32,000 bases of DNA from Candidatus Baldrarchaeota archaeon. Its GTDB lineage: Archaea > Asgardarchaeota > Baldrarchaeia > Baldrarchaeales > DXJG01. A model generated the notes under the pieces. The model was not told where the DNA came from. It ran no database searches and was given only the letters and a program-made list of their open reading frames with translations. This document shows, piece after piece, positions 10,160-17,864 of the stretch; the first letter of the stretch is position 1, and the number at the start of each line of letters is the position of its first letter. A program made the position numbers and the translations under genes. The DNA lies in assembly GCA_019056805.1 (NCBI GenBank), contig DXJG01000010.1, positions 59,771 through 91,770 of the forward strand. Reading direction: 5' to 3'.

Positions 10160-10633
10160 TTGGTTGATAGGAACCTTGTTGGTAGGTGTGGTTTTTACTG
10201 TGGGGTTTGCGAGATTTATCGTGCTTATAAGGATTCAAAGGAGCTTAGGGAGGAGATAGCATGGAAGCATGGTTGTTCTCCAGATGAGGCTAGGTGTGAG
10301 GGTTGTCAAGCGATTGATGTTTATGGTTGGTCTTATGATAAAGAATGGGGCAAGAATTGTAAAATTGTGAAGTGTTTAAATGCTAAAGGCTTGAATTTTT
10401 GTTTTGAATGTGATGAATATGATAGATGTGAAAGGTTTAATCGGTTTGCTGAGATTTGTAAGGGTCTAGGAATCGATTTAAGGAAAAATCTTGAGATGAT
10501 TAAAGAAGGAAGGATTGAGGAGTGGCTTTTAGAGCAGGATAAAAAGTGGCGTTGCCCAAAATGCGGTAAACCTATTATCGTGTCCTACGATTTTAAGAAT
10601 TGTCACTGGTGTGGATACAAGTTGCGAGATTAA
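10160..10633 (+). CDS. Cys-rich DUF3795-like metal-binding protein with C-terminal zinc ribbon
   Basis: CGFYCGVC, CEGC, C.IVKC...KGLNFCFECDEYDRC and CPKCG...CHWCG. Confidence 0.7.
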   Translation: MVDRNLVGRCGFYCGVCEIYRAYKDSKELREEIAWKHGCSPDEARCEGCQAIDVYGWSYDKEWGKNCKIVKCLNAKGLNFCFECDEYDRCERFNRFAEICKGLGIDLRKNLEMIKEGRIEEWLLEQDKKWRCPKCGKPIIVSYDFKNCHWCGYKLRD

Positions 10634-10701
10634 ATCCCAACGCATAAAAGTTTTGGGGAATAATAGTTTAGATGATGAATGTTTGTGGGGGTGTATGATT
10701 A

Positions 10702-11895
10702 ATGGATGCTGTTAAAATTGTTGAAGATGTTTATTGGGTTGGTGCTATTGATTGGAATATTAGAGATTTTCACGGATATTCTACACATAGGGGGACGACT
10801 TACAATGCTTATTTGATTTTGGGTGAGAAGAACATCCTTATTGATACGGTGAAGAAAGGGTTTTTTGATGAGATGATTAGTAGGATTCAAAATGTCATTG
10901 AACCTAGGGATATTGATTATATTTTTTCTTTACATGTTGAAATGGATCATTCTGGTTCACTTCCCGAAATTATGGAGGTTGCAGATAAAGCTAAGGTTGT
11001 TGCTACTGAGAGATGTCAGAAAGGTTTGAGTTTACATTATCATGAGTGCAAAAAGGAGTTTGTTACAGTTAAGAATGGTGATACTCTTAAGTTTGGAGAT
11101 AAAACATTTACTTTTGTTGAGATTCCTATGCTTCATTGGCCAGATAACACTATGACATACATGCACGAGAGAAAGATTTTATTTTCCAGCGATGGATTTG
11201 GTCAGCACCTTGCGACTTCTCAAAGATTTAACGATGAGGTTCCTGAAGATATTGTGATGTATGAAGCTAGGAAGTATTATGCTAATATTCTTTTGAGGTA
11301 TGCAGATATTGCTACAAGGCGGATAAATGAAATTTTGAAGATGAATCTTGATATAAGGGTCATTGCTCCTGCTCACGGTGTTATATGGCATAGAGATCCG
11401 ACGAAGATTGTAGAATATTATCTTAAGTGGAGCTCTGGCGATACTGTGAAGAAGGCTTTGGTTGTTTATGATACTATGTGGGGTAGTACCGCTAAAATGG
11501 CGTTAGCGATTGCCGACGGGATTATGAGCAGGGGTGTTGAAGTTAAAGTTTTTAATTTAAGGGCTACGGATAGATCTGATGTAATGACAGAGGTTTTAGA
11601 TGCACGAGCCATTATTGTAGGTTCTCCGACCCTAAACAACAATATGTTTCCAACGGTTGCAGATTTTCTCACCTATATGAAAGGTTTTAGACCCAAGAAT
11701 AAAATTGGCGCAGCATTTGGTTCATATGGTTGGAGTGGTGAAGCTCCAAAGCAAATATTGGAAGAGCTTAAAGCTATGAAGTTTGATGTTGTAGAGTCTC
11801 CTTTAAGGGTTCAATATGTACCTAGTAGAGAAGAGCTAGAGAGCTGCTATAAATTTGGGAAAGAGATCGGTAAGAAAATTGTAGAAGCAGGATAA
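10702..11895 (+). CDS. fprA: Flavodiiron protein (A-type flavoprotein; O2/NO reductase family)
   Basis: GTTYNAYLI, diiron motif HVEMDHSGS, HWPD, SSDGFGQH and PAHG, then a flavodoxin domain (YDTMWGST, GSPTLNN, AFGSYGWSG). Confidence 0.95.
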   Translation: MDAVKIVEDVYWVGAIDWNIRDFHGYSTHRGTTYNAYLILGEKNILIDTVKKGFFDEMISRIQNVIEPRDIDYIFSLHVEMDHSGSLPEIMEVADKAKVVATERCQKGLSLHYHECKKEFVTVKNGDTLKFGDKTFTFVEIPMLHWPDNTMTYMHERKILFSSDGFGQHLATSQRFNDEVPEDIVMYEARKYYANILLRYADIATRRINEILKMNLDIRVIAPAHGVIWHRDPTKIVEYYLKWSSGDTVKKALVVYDTMWGSTAKMALAIADGIMSRGVEVKVFNLRATDRSDVMTEVLDARAIIVGSPTLNNNMFPTVADFLTYMKGFRPKNKIGAAFGSYGWSGEAPKQILEELKAMKFDVVESPLRVQYVPSREELESCYKFGKEIGKKIVEAG

Positions 11896-11967
11896 TTTCG
11901 ATAGAAAAATACCAAACTTTATATTTTAGACCTTGGATTGTTAGGTAGATGGAAAGGAGGGGGTATT

Positions 11968-12132
11968 ATGAAAAAGTGGAGATGCACGATTTGTGGATAC
12001 ATATATGACCCTGAGACTGGCGACCCTGATAGTGGTATTTCTCCAGGAACACCTTTTGAAGAACTGCCTGATGATTGGGTTTGCCCAGAGTGCGGAGCTA
12101 CTAAGGACATGTTCGAGGAGCTAGAAGAGTAG
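11968..12132 (+). CDS. rub: Rubredoxin
   Basis: [15 protein letters not shown]...[20 protein letters not shown] at 11968 follows a ggaggggg RBS. Confidence 0.96.
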   Translation: MKKWRCTICGYIYDPETGDPDSGISPGTPFEELPDDWVCPECGATKDMFEELEE

Positions 12133-12182
12133 CGAAAAAGCGCGTTGTTAGAGATTTAGTATATAGTTGCGAAGACTTCGAC

Positions 12183-12205
12183 TTCCTTTTCTTTTATTTT
12201 TGTTT
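12183..12205 (+). terminator. Possible oligo-T archaeal terminator after fprA-rubredoxin
   Basis: T-tract ttccttttcttttatttttgttt about 50 nt after the rubredoxin stop. The whole gap is T-rich, so support is weak. Confidence 0.3.
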
Positions 12206-12368
12206 GCACTTTATAATTTAGCTTCATTGAATTACGTTGATTGTATGTTGTTTTTATTATTTATGTTAGGTTTTATTTTGTATTTGTGCTTGGAATCGTA
12301 TGGTTTTTATTTGGTTTGTGTTTCGTGTGGTTAATGTTTACGTTGTGTGTGATTTGGAGGTTTGAGGT

Positions 12369-13622
12369 ATGGCTTTAGTGCCTTATAGGACGTGCAAGTT
12401 GTTTGGGGCCATTAGGGTTGTGCTTGGTATTCGTGGATCGGTTGTTTTGGTTCATGGTCCTCGTGGCTGTGCTTATCATATTAGGTATTTGTTGGGTGTG
12501 CGTGGCCCATTTTCAGGGTTGATTTTTACTACTGAGATGAATGAGCGAGATGTTATTTTTGGTGCTGGGGATAAGTTGCGGAATGCGATTTTACAAGTTG
12601 ATAAGGAGTATTCTCCTGAGCTTATTGGTGTTTTAACATCTTGTGTAAGTAGTATTATTGGTGAAGATGTTGACTCAGTTATAAGGTCTGTTAAAGACGA
12701 TGTTAAGTCTAAGGTTATTTTTATTCCTGCCGGGGGATTTGAAGGTGATCATATTGATGGCTATAAAGAAGCGTTAAATGTGATTGTCAAAGAACTTGTT
12801 TCCGAACCTGAGAAGAAGCTGGAAGATTCGATTAATTTAGTTGGTTTATATCGTTTTGGCCCTGATGTTGAAGATCTTTTACAAGTTTTTTCAAAGCTTG
12901 GAATTAGTGTTAACGGTATATTAACGGTTGACTCTTCTTTAGATGCACTTCGAAAATTGTCCGAAGCTTCTTTAAATGTTATTATGTGTGAAGCTAGCGG
13001 TTTTGAAGCTGCTCATCTTATGAAGAAGTTTTATAACATTCCTTATGTTTATTCAACTTTACCAATCGGAATTACTTCTACAGAACGCTTTTTGTTAAAG
13101 GTTCTCGAAGGCTTAGGTAAAGAACCTAGGCTTCCAGATCCAGTTGAGAAAGAAAAGAGGTTAGCAATCGAGGAAATTAAGAAAGTTGCTGAGCATCTTA
13201 GGGGTTTAAGGGTTGCTATTATTAGTGGTTCTACTCGTGTTGCTCCCTTAACCGAATTTGTTTGGGAACTTGGAATGGAACCTGTTGTTGTTTCAATTGA
13301 TAGACTTGGAGAGGTTACTTTAGAACTGTTAGATATGGTTGTTAAAGAGCATTCTTTAAGTCCTAGGGTTTTGAAAGAACCTGATTTTCAAGAGGTTTTG
13401 GATGCTTTGAGGAAGGAGAAGGTTGATTTGATTTTGGGAGGTCTTTATGAGAGATCTCTTTCTTACGAGTTAAATGTACCTTTATATGATATTATGCATA
13501 GTGAAGAGCGAACTATGGGCTTTAAAAACGCTGTTACTCTTTCTAAAAATATTCTTTCAAATGTTAAAAATTGGAGACATGAAAGTCAGGTGGAGGGTTT
13601 TAGATGCAGATACGGCAAATAG
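12369..13622 (+). CDS. Nitrogenase component-1-type oxidoreductase, single NifD/NifE/CfbD-like subunit (group IV-like)
   Basis: RTCKLFGA (C9), HGPRGC (C34), TTEMNERDVIFG, TSCVSSIIGEDV (C92), GGFEGD, LNVIMC (C207) and VPLYDIMHS (H377). RBS ggaggtttgaggt upstream. Confidence 0.9.
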   Translation: MALVPYRTCKLFGAIRVVLGIRGSVVLVHGPRGCAYHIRYLLGVRGPFSGLIFTTEMNERDVIFGAGDKLRNAILQVDKEYSPELIGVLTSCVSSIIGEDVDSVIRSVKDDVKSKVIFIPAGGFEGDHIDGYKEALNVIVKELVSEPEKKLEDSINLVGLYRFGPDVEDLLQVFSKLGISVNGILTVDSSLDALRKLSEASLNVIMCEASGFEAAHLMKKFYNIPYVYSTLPIGITSTERFLLKVLEGLGKEPRLPDPVEKEKRLAIEEIKKVAEHLRGLRVAIISGSTRVAPLTEFVWELGMEPVVVSIDRLGEVTLELLDMVVKEHSLSPRVLKEPDFQEVLDALRKEKVDLILGGLYERSLSYELNVPLYDIMHSEERTMGFKNAVTLSKNILSNVKNWRHESQVEGFRCRYGK

Positions 13623-14422
13623 CTATTTACGGGAAAGGCGGAATTGGAAAATCCACAATAGCTGCCAATATTTCAGCCGCTTTAGCTGAGAAAGGCCTTA
13701 GAGTTATGTTGGTTGGATGCGATCCTAAAAGAGATTCCACGATGACTTTGGTTGGTGGAAAACAGTTGCCACCGTTGCTTGAACTTCTCAAAGATAAGAG
13801 GAAATTGTCGCTGGGTGAGGTTGTTTTTGAGGGGTTTAAAGGTGTTTTATGTGTTGAGGTTGGTGGCCCTGAGCCGGGTATTGGTTGTGCTGGAAGAGGT
13901 TTAATTCTCGCTTTTAGAACTCTTGAGGAGCTGGGAGCTTTTGAACAGCCATTGGATTTTATAATTTATGATGTTCCTGGAGATGTTGTTTGTGGTGGTT
14001 TTGCTGTTCCTATGCGTGAAGGTTTTGCAAGAGAGGTTTATATTGTGACCTCTGGGGAATATCTTTCTCTCTATGCAGCGAATAATATTTGTAGGGGTGT
14101 TAGGCGGATAAATGCTAGACTTGGTGGAATTATTTGTAATTCTCGAAGGGTTCCTCGCGAAAAAGAGATTGTTGAAATGTTTACACAGGCTGTTAAATCT
14201 AGGGTGGTTGGTTTTGTTCCTTGGGATCCTATTGTTCCAAAATGTGAACTTCAAGGTAAAACTGTTATTGAGGGTGCACCTGATTCGGAGCAAGCTGAAA
14301 TTTATCGAAACTTAGCTACTAATATATTGAAGAATAAGGAGCTTGTTGTTCCAAGCCCTATACAATTCACGGAACTTAGAGTTTTTATGAAAAAATTTAT
14401 GGGAGAATATGCCCGGGAGTGA
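13604..14422 (+). CDS. nifH: Nitrogenase iron-protein homolog (NifH/NflH/CfbC family)
   Basis: IAIYGKGGIGKST, GCDPKRDST, GGPEPGIGCAGRG, DVPGDVVCGGFAVPMR and YAANNI. Both 4Fe-4S cysteines are present. Overlaps the D-like gene by 19 nt. Confidence 0.93.
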   Translation: MQIRQIAIYGKGGIGKSTIAANISAALAEKGLRVMLVGCDPKRDSTMTLVGGKQLPPLLELLKDKRKLSLGEVVFEGFKGVLCVEVGGPEPGIGCAGRGLILAFRTLEELGAFEQPLDFIIYDVPGDVVCGGFAVPMREGFAREVYIVTSGEYLSLYAANNICRGVRRINARLGGIICNSRRVPREKEIVEMFTQAVKSRVVGFVPWDPIVPKCELQGKTVIEGAPDSEQAEIYRNLATNILKNKELVVPSPIQFTELRVFMKKFMGEYARE

Positions 14423-14428
14423 AATAAT

Positions 14429-15292
14429 ATGTCTTCTTTAGCTTCATATGTTCGTGTTCATCCATGTTTTGACGAAAAAGCCCATTTTACTTATGCTCGT
14501 ATCCATCTTCCAGTTGCTCCCAGATGTAATATTCGCTGTAATTATTGTGAACGAATAATTGATGGGAAATGTTTTGTGAATAGACCGGGTATAGCTTCAC
14601 AAATAGTTTCGCCGAAAGAAGCAGCTGAACTTATTAGAAAAGCTAAAAATATTTATTCATCTTTATCTGTGGTTGGTATAGCTGGTCCAGGAGAACCTTT
14701 AGCGAATCCTGAAACTTTTGAAACTTTAGAGTTAGTTCATGAAGAGTTTCCAGATCTTTTGAAATGTGTTGCTACAAATGGTTTACTATTACCTTTTTAT
14801 GTTTATAAGCTTTGGAAACTTGGTGTTAGAACATTAACGATTACTGTTAATGCTGTTAAACCCGAAGTGGGGCAATATGTATATTCTTGGATTAAAATTG
14901 ATAGAGATGTTTATTTTGGTTTTGAAGCTGCAAAAAGACTTATTGAGGCCCAGTTGAATGGAATTGAGAGGGCTGTTAAGTTTGGATTTGCTGTAAAGGT
15001 GAATACTGTTCTTATCCCTGGAATTAATGATGCTCATATCGTCCAAGTTGCTAGAGAAATGGCGGCCAGAGGAGTTTATATTCAAAATATTATTCCTTTA
15101 ATACCTCTTGGTGTTTTCAAAAATCTTCATCCACCTGAACCAGGTATGTTGGAAGCTGTTCGAAAAGAATGCTACAAATATATTAGGCAGTTTCATTTAT
15201 GCAAAATGTGTCGGGCAGATGCTCTTGGAGTCCCTGGCCAAGAAATAAGTATGTACGAGAAAAATTGTTGTTCTCGATCTTGTCATGGGTAG
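14429..15292 (+). CDS. nifB: NifB-family radical SAM protein, short form without NifX domain
   Basis: HPC, RIHLPVAPRCNIRCNYC, RPG, VVGIAGPGEPLAN, TITVN, KVNTVLIPGIND and CKMCRADALG. Starts 6 nt after the nifH-like stop. Confidence 0.93.
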   Translation: MSSLASYVRVHPCFDEKAHFTYARIHLPVAPRCNIRCNYCERIIDGKCFVNRPGIASQIVSPKEAAELIRKAKNIYSSLSVVGIAGPGEPLANPETFETLELVHEEFPDLLKCVATNGLLLPFYVYKLWKLGVRTLTITVNAVKPEVGQYVYSWIKIDRDVYFGFEAAKRLIEAQLNGIERAVKFGFAVKVNTVLIPGINDAHIVQVAREMAARGVYIQNIIPLIPLGVFKNLHPPEPGMLEAVRKECYKYIRQFHLCKMCRADALGVPGQEISMYEKNCCSRSCHG

Positions 15293-15308
15293 TGTGAAAT
15301 TGATGAGG

Positions 15309-15785
15309 TTATTGTTGTAGGTGTTCTATGCGGTTTGCTGTTTTGTTTTCGATGTATAAGGCTGATATGAAGGGTTCTTTGAATGTGGTGGTTATTTTCT
15401 TTTTGGTTTTTATGAAAAATATTTTGTATTCGATTTCTATGTTATGAGCGTTAAATGTTCCAATTACTGCAACTTCATCGTTTTTCCGTAAGTCTATGTC
15501 TGATGGATATTTTATCAGTATGGTGTCTCCGTGTTCATCTTCTAGATAAAAGTATGTAGCGCTCTTGGCTATTGGAATTGTTTGCGGTAGGTCGAAAATC
15601 CACGTGTCAGTTACCACTTCCTCTATAAGATCTGTATTAACTACCTGAGTTACCTTTCCCTCTACTAGAACTGTTTTCTGATGATATTCTTTTTGCTTCA
15701 AAAGTAAATCTCTCACATTTACTTTAACGTATCTATAGGATTCCCTTAGTTTTTGTGTAAACCTATTTAAAAAGTTTTCAGCCAT
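15309..15785 (-). CDS. Hypothetical protein, probable OB-fold
   Basis: YHQKTVLVEGKV...FYLEDEHGDTILIKY...NDEVAVIGTF resembles an OB-fold beta-barrel pattern. Convergent with nifB. Confidence 0.55.
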   Translation of the reverse strand: MAENFLNRFTQKLRESYRYVKVNVRDLLLKQKEYHQKTVLVEGKVTQVVNTDLIEEVVTDTWIFDLPQTIPIAKSATYFYLEDEHGDTILIKYPSDIDLRKNDEVAVIGTFNAHNIEIEYKIFFIKTKKKITTTFKEPFISALYIENKTANRIEHLQQ

Positions 15786-15956
15786 TTTATTTCTCCCACC
15801 AATCGAGTTAACTCTAAATTATTGTAGCAGCGTGTAAATAAGGGATATATTTGTTAAGTTTATAAAATTGTAGCAACAACGTTGATCTTTAATAGTTTTC
15901 TTGAAGTGTTTAGTAAAATGCAAAAGGTGCATATATGTGGCACGAGGTGAGTTGGA

Positions 15957-16658
15957 ATATCGTTTATTAAGCTAAGTAAGCATATATACCTCGTTGGTGG
16001 GCGAACACTCTCCCATCCTCTTGACTCCAATGTGTATTTAATAGATGGTAGACCTCATGAATGTATTCTCGTAGATATTGGATCTGGTCTTAAAACAGAA
16101 AGAATCTTAAGGAATATAAGTGAAGCTGGTTTTGATCTAGGCTTAGTATCTGCTGTTGTGAATACGCATTGCCATTATAGGCATGCTGGTGGAAATCGGA
16201 GGCTGAATAAACTCTTAGGCTATTGTGAAGTTATAGCTCATGAACTTGATGCTAATGCTATTGAGAAAGGTGACCAAAGGTTAACTAAAGCAGAGATTTA
16301 TGGACAAATATTCGAGCCTTGTGATGTTCATTTCCGTATATGTACAACAGATATTGAAACCATGGAAACCATAGGATTAGGAGGTCATTGTACAATTGGT
16401 GTTGGAGACATAGACTTTATACCTATTCATGTTCCCGGACATACGCATGGAAGTATAGTTCTTTATGGAGAAATAGATGGAGTTCATGTGCTGTTTACTG
16501 GTGATCTAGATGAACCTCCAACTAATAGACGAGACCTTGAAATATGGCGTGAGTCCATTCAGCGACTCATTAATTTAAAAATAGATATTATATATGGAGG
16601 GCACTCCATAATATTCGAGGAGCCTAAAAAGTGGTTAAGTCAACTTACAAAATTCTAA
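15957..16658 (+). CDS. Metallo-beta-lactamase-fold protein with HxHxRH variant motif; start uncertain (ATA 15957 or GTG 16032)
   Basis: NVYLIDG, ILVDIGSG, THCHYRHAGG, HVPGHTHGS, LFTGD and YGGH. The frame is open upstream of 16032 with MBL-like KLSKHIYLVGG..LSHPLDSN up to a TGA at 15948. Confidence 0.75.
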   Translation: MSFIKLSKHIYLVGGRTLSHPLDSNVYLIDGRPHECILVDIGSGLKTERILRNISEAGFDLGLVSAVVNTHCHYRHAGGNRRLNKLLGYCEVIAHELDANAIEKGDQRLTKAEIYGQIFEPCDVHFRICTTDIETMETIGLGGHCTIGVGDIDFIPIHVPGHTHGSIVLYGEIDGVHVLFTGDLDEPPTNRRDLEIWRESIQRLINLKIDIIYGGHSIIFEEPKKWLSQLTKF

Positions 16659-16988
16659 GCGTTTTAATTTTAGCTATCCATCCATCTTTAATTCGCCAAA
16701 TCACACTTCCAGATTAAAATAGCAAACAGAATCTAACCTCAAATTCTTAAAAAATAAACCATTTTCCATAAATAAGTTTATAACAATATCTTGAAGCCAA
16801 ATAGTTAATATTTTTAAAACTCTTACCAGAAAGTGATTGTGTTTAGGAAAATTAATTTTCTCACAGCTCTAATACTCTAATATTTCAATTCTACTATTTT
16901 TAGCCGCTTTGCTGCTTCTGTTTCCCCTTAGCTACATTTCTTGAATGTATTATAATAGCTACGGAAAGAAGCGTCTATAGAAAGTTAT

Positions 16989-17489
16989 TTAGGTTTTAAT
17001 TTCTTTACTTAGCCATTCATGATATTTTTGCAAAGTATTTTTGCTAATAGGTATTACTATGCTGAGATGTTTTATTTTTGTCAATTTTTGGTCAATAGTA
17101 TATATTATCGATGCGTTTAAAGCGTCTGCTAAACTGACGAGATACCCGTCCCAACCTTCTACCCTGAATTTTGTTGCATTTTTAATAGCCATAATTGCAT
17201 GATCAATAGTAATGTCTTGAACAAAAGATGTATGTCGTAATTCTAGTGTTTTTAATAATTCTTGGCTAGCTAATTCTCTATTTACTCTCAAATATCTAGT
17301 CAATATATGATATGCACCAATAAAATTACTTATAGGTATCTTTGCATTAATTTCACCAAGAAAAACTTTTTCAAGAAAATTTATGGCTTCATTTTTCGCT
17401 GGGTTTTCACAGTGACTAAGAACGATTAAGCCTACATCAACTATTCCGATAGTCCAAGCTTCGCCAACGCCCATTCCTCCAGTGCCCAT
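16989..17489 (-). CDS. vapC: PIN-domain toxin (VapC-like); start may be ATG 17474
   Basis: IVDVGLIV, EGWDGYLVSLA and IYTID PIN-type acidic residues. Overlaps the upstream AbrB-type gene. Confidence 0.7.
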   Translation of the reverse strand: MGTGGMGVGEAWTIGIVDVGLIVLSHCENPAKNEAINFLEKVFLGEINAKIPISNFIGAYHILTRYLRVNRELASQELLKTLELRHTSFVQDITIDHAIMAIKNATKFRVEGWDGYLVSLADALNASIIYTIDQKLTKIKHLSIVIPISKNTLQKYHEWLSKEIKT

Positions 17490-17716
17490 TTATCTTCCTC
17501 CACTTCTTTTTCCGTAAAACATTCAGGAGCCTTTTTTCTAAGTTCTTCAAATCTCTTTTTGATAAGATTTTTATCGATTGATATTTTCTTTCTGATGATT
17601 ACTTTATTGTTTTCTATTGTCCATTCAATATAATCTCCTTCCTTAATATTCAAAATTTTTCTTATATCGCTCGGTATGACCGTCCTTCCCATTTTATCCA
17701 CTTTTGTCAGATTCAC
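17441..17716 (-). CDS. vapB: AbrB/MazE/SpoVT-family DNA-binding antitoxin
   Basis: TKVDKMGRTVIPSDIRKILNIKEGDYIEW is the classic AbrB fold. Lies upstream of the PIN gene. Confidence 0.85.
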   Translation of the reverse strand: MNLTKVDKMGRTVIPSDIRKILNIKEGDYIEWTIENNKVIIRKKISIDKNLIKKRFEELRKKAPECFTEKEVEEDKWALEEWALAKLGLSE

Positions 17717-17864
17717 ATTTTTTCCTCCATGGAATGTACCATGGTATTCAACTTATATTACGTGAGATGCTATATAAGCATTTTTCATACGGAGTCAATA
17801 AACTGTTTAACTGTGAGTTAGTTTTTTATACTTTTAAGGTGATTTTCCAAAAGAGGCGGTTCTC

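Noticed and set aside
12369-14422. Calling the pair cfbC/cfbD (F430 synthesis) or bchL/N/B
   Set aside because: No cfbA/B/E, mcr or bch genes are nearby, and coupling to nifB is unexplained by those pathways. This is not excluded without a phylogeny, so no symbol was given to the D-like gene.
12369-15292. Calling the locus a bona fide Mo-nitrogenase (nifHDK)
   Set aside because: There is no K subunit, nifEN or nifI in the window. The D-like protein is short and divergent, and the H protein has non-canonical switch motifs. N2 fixation cannot be claimed from sequence.
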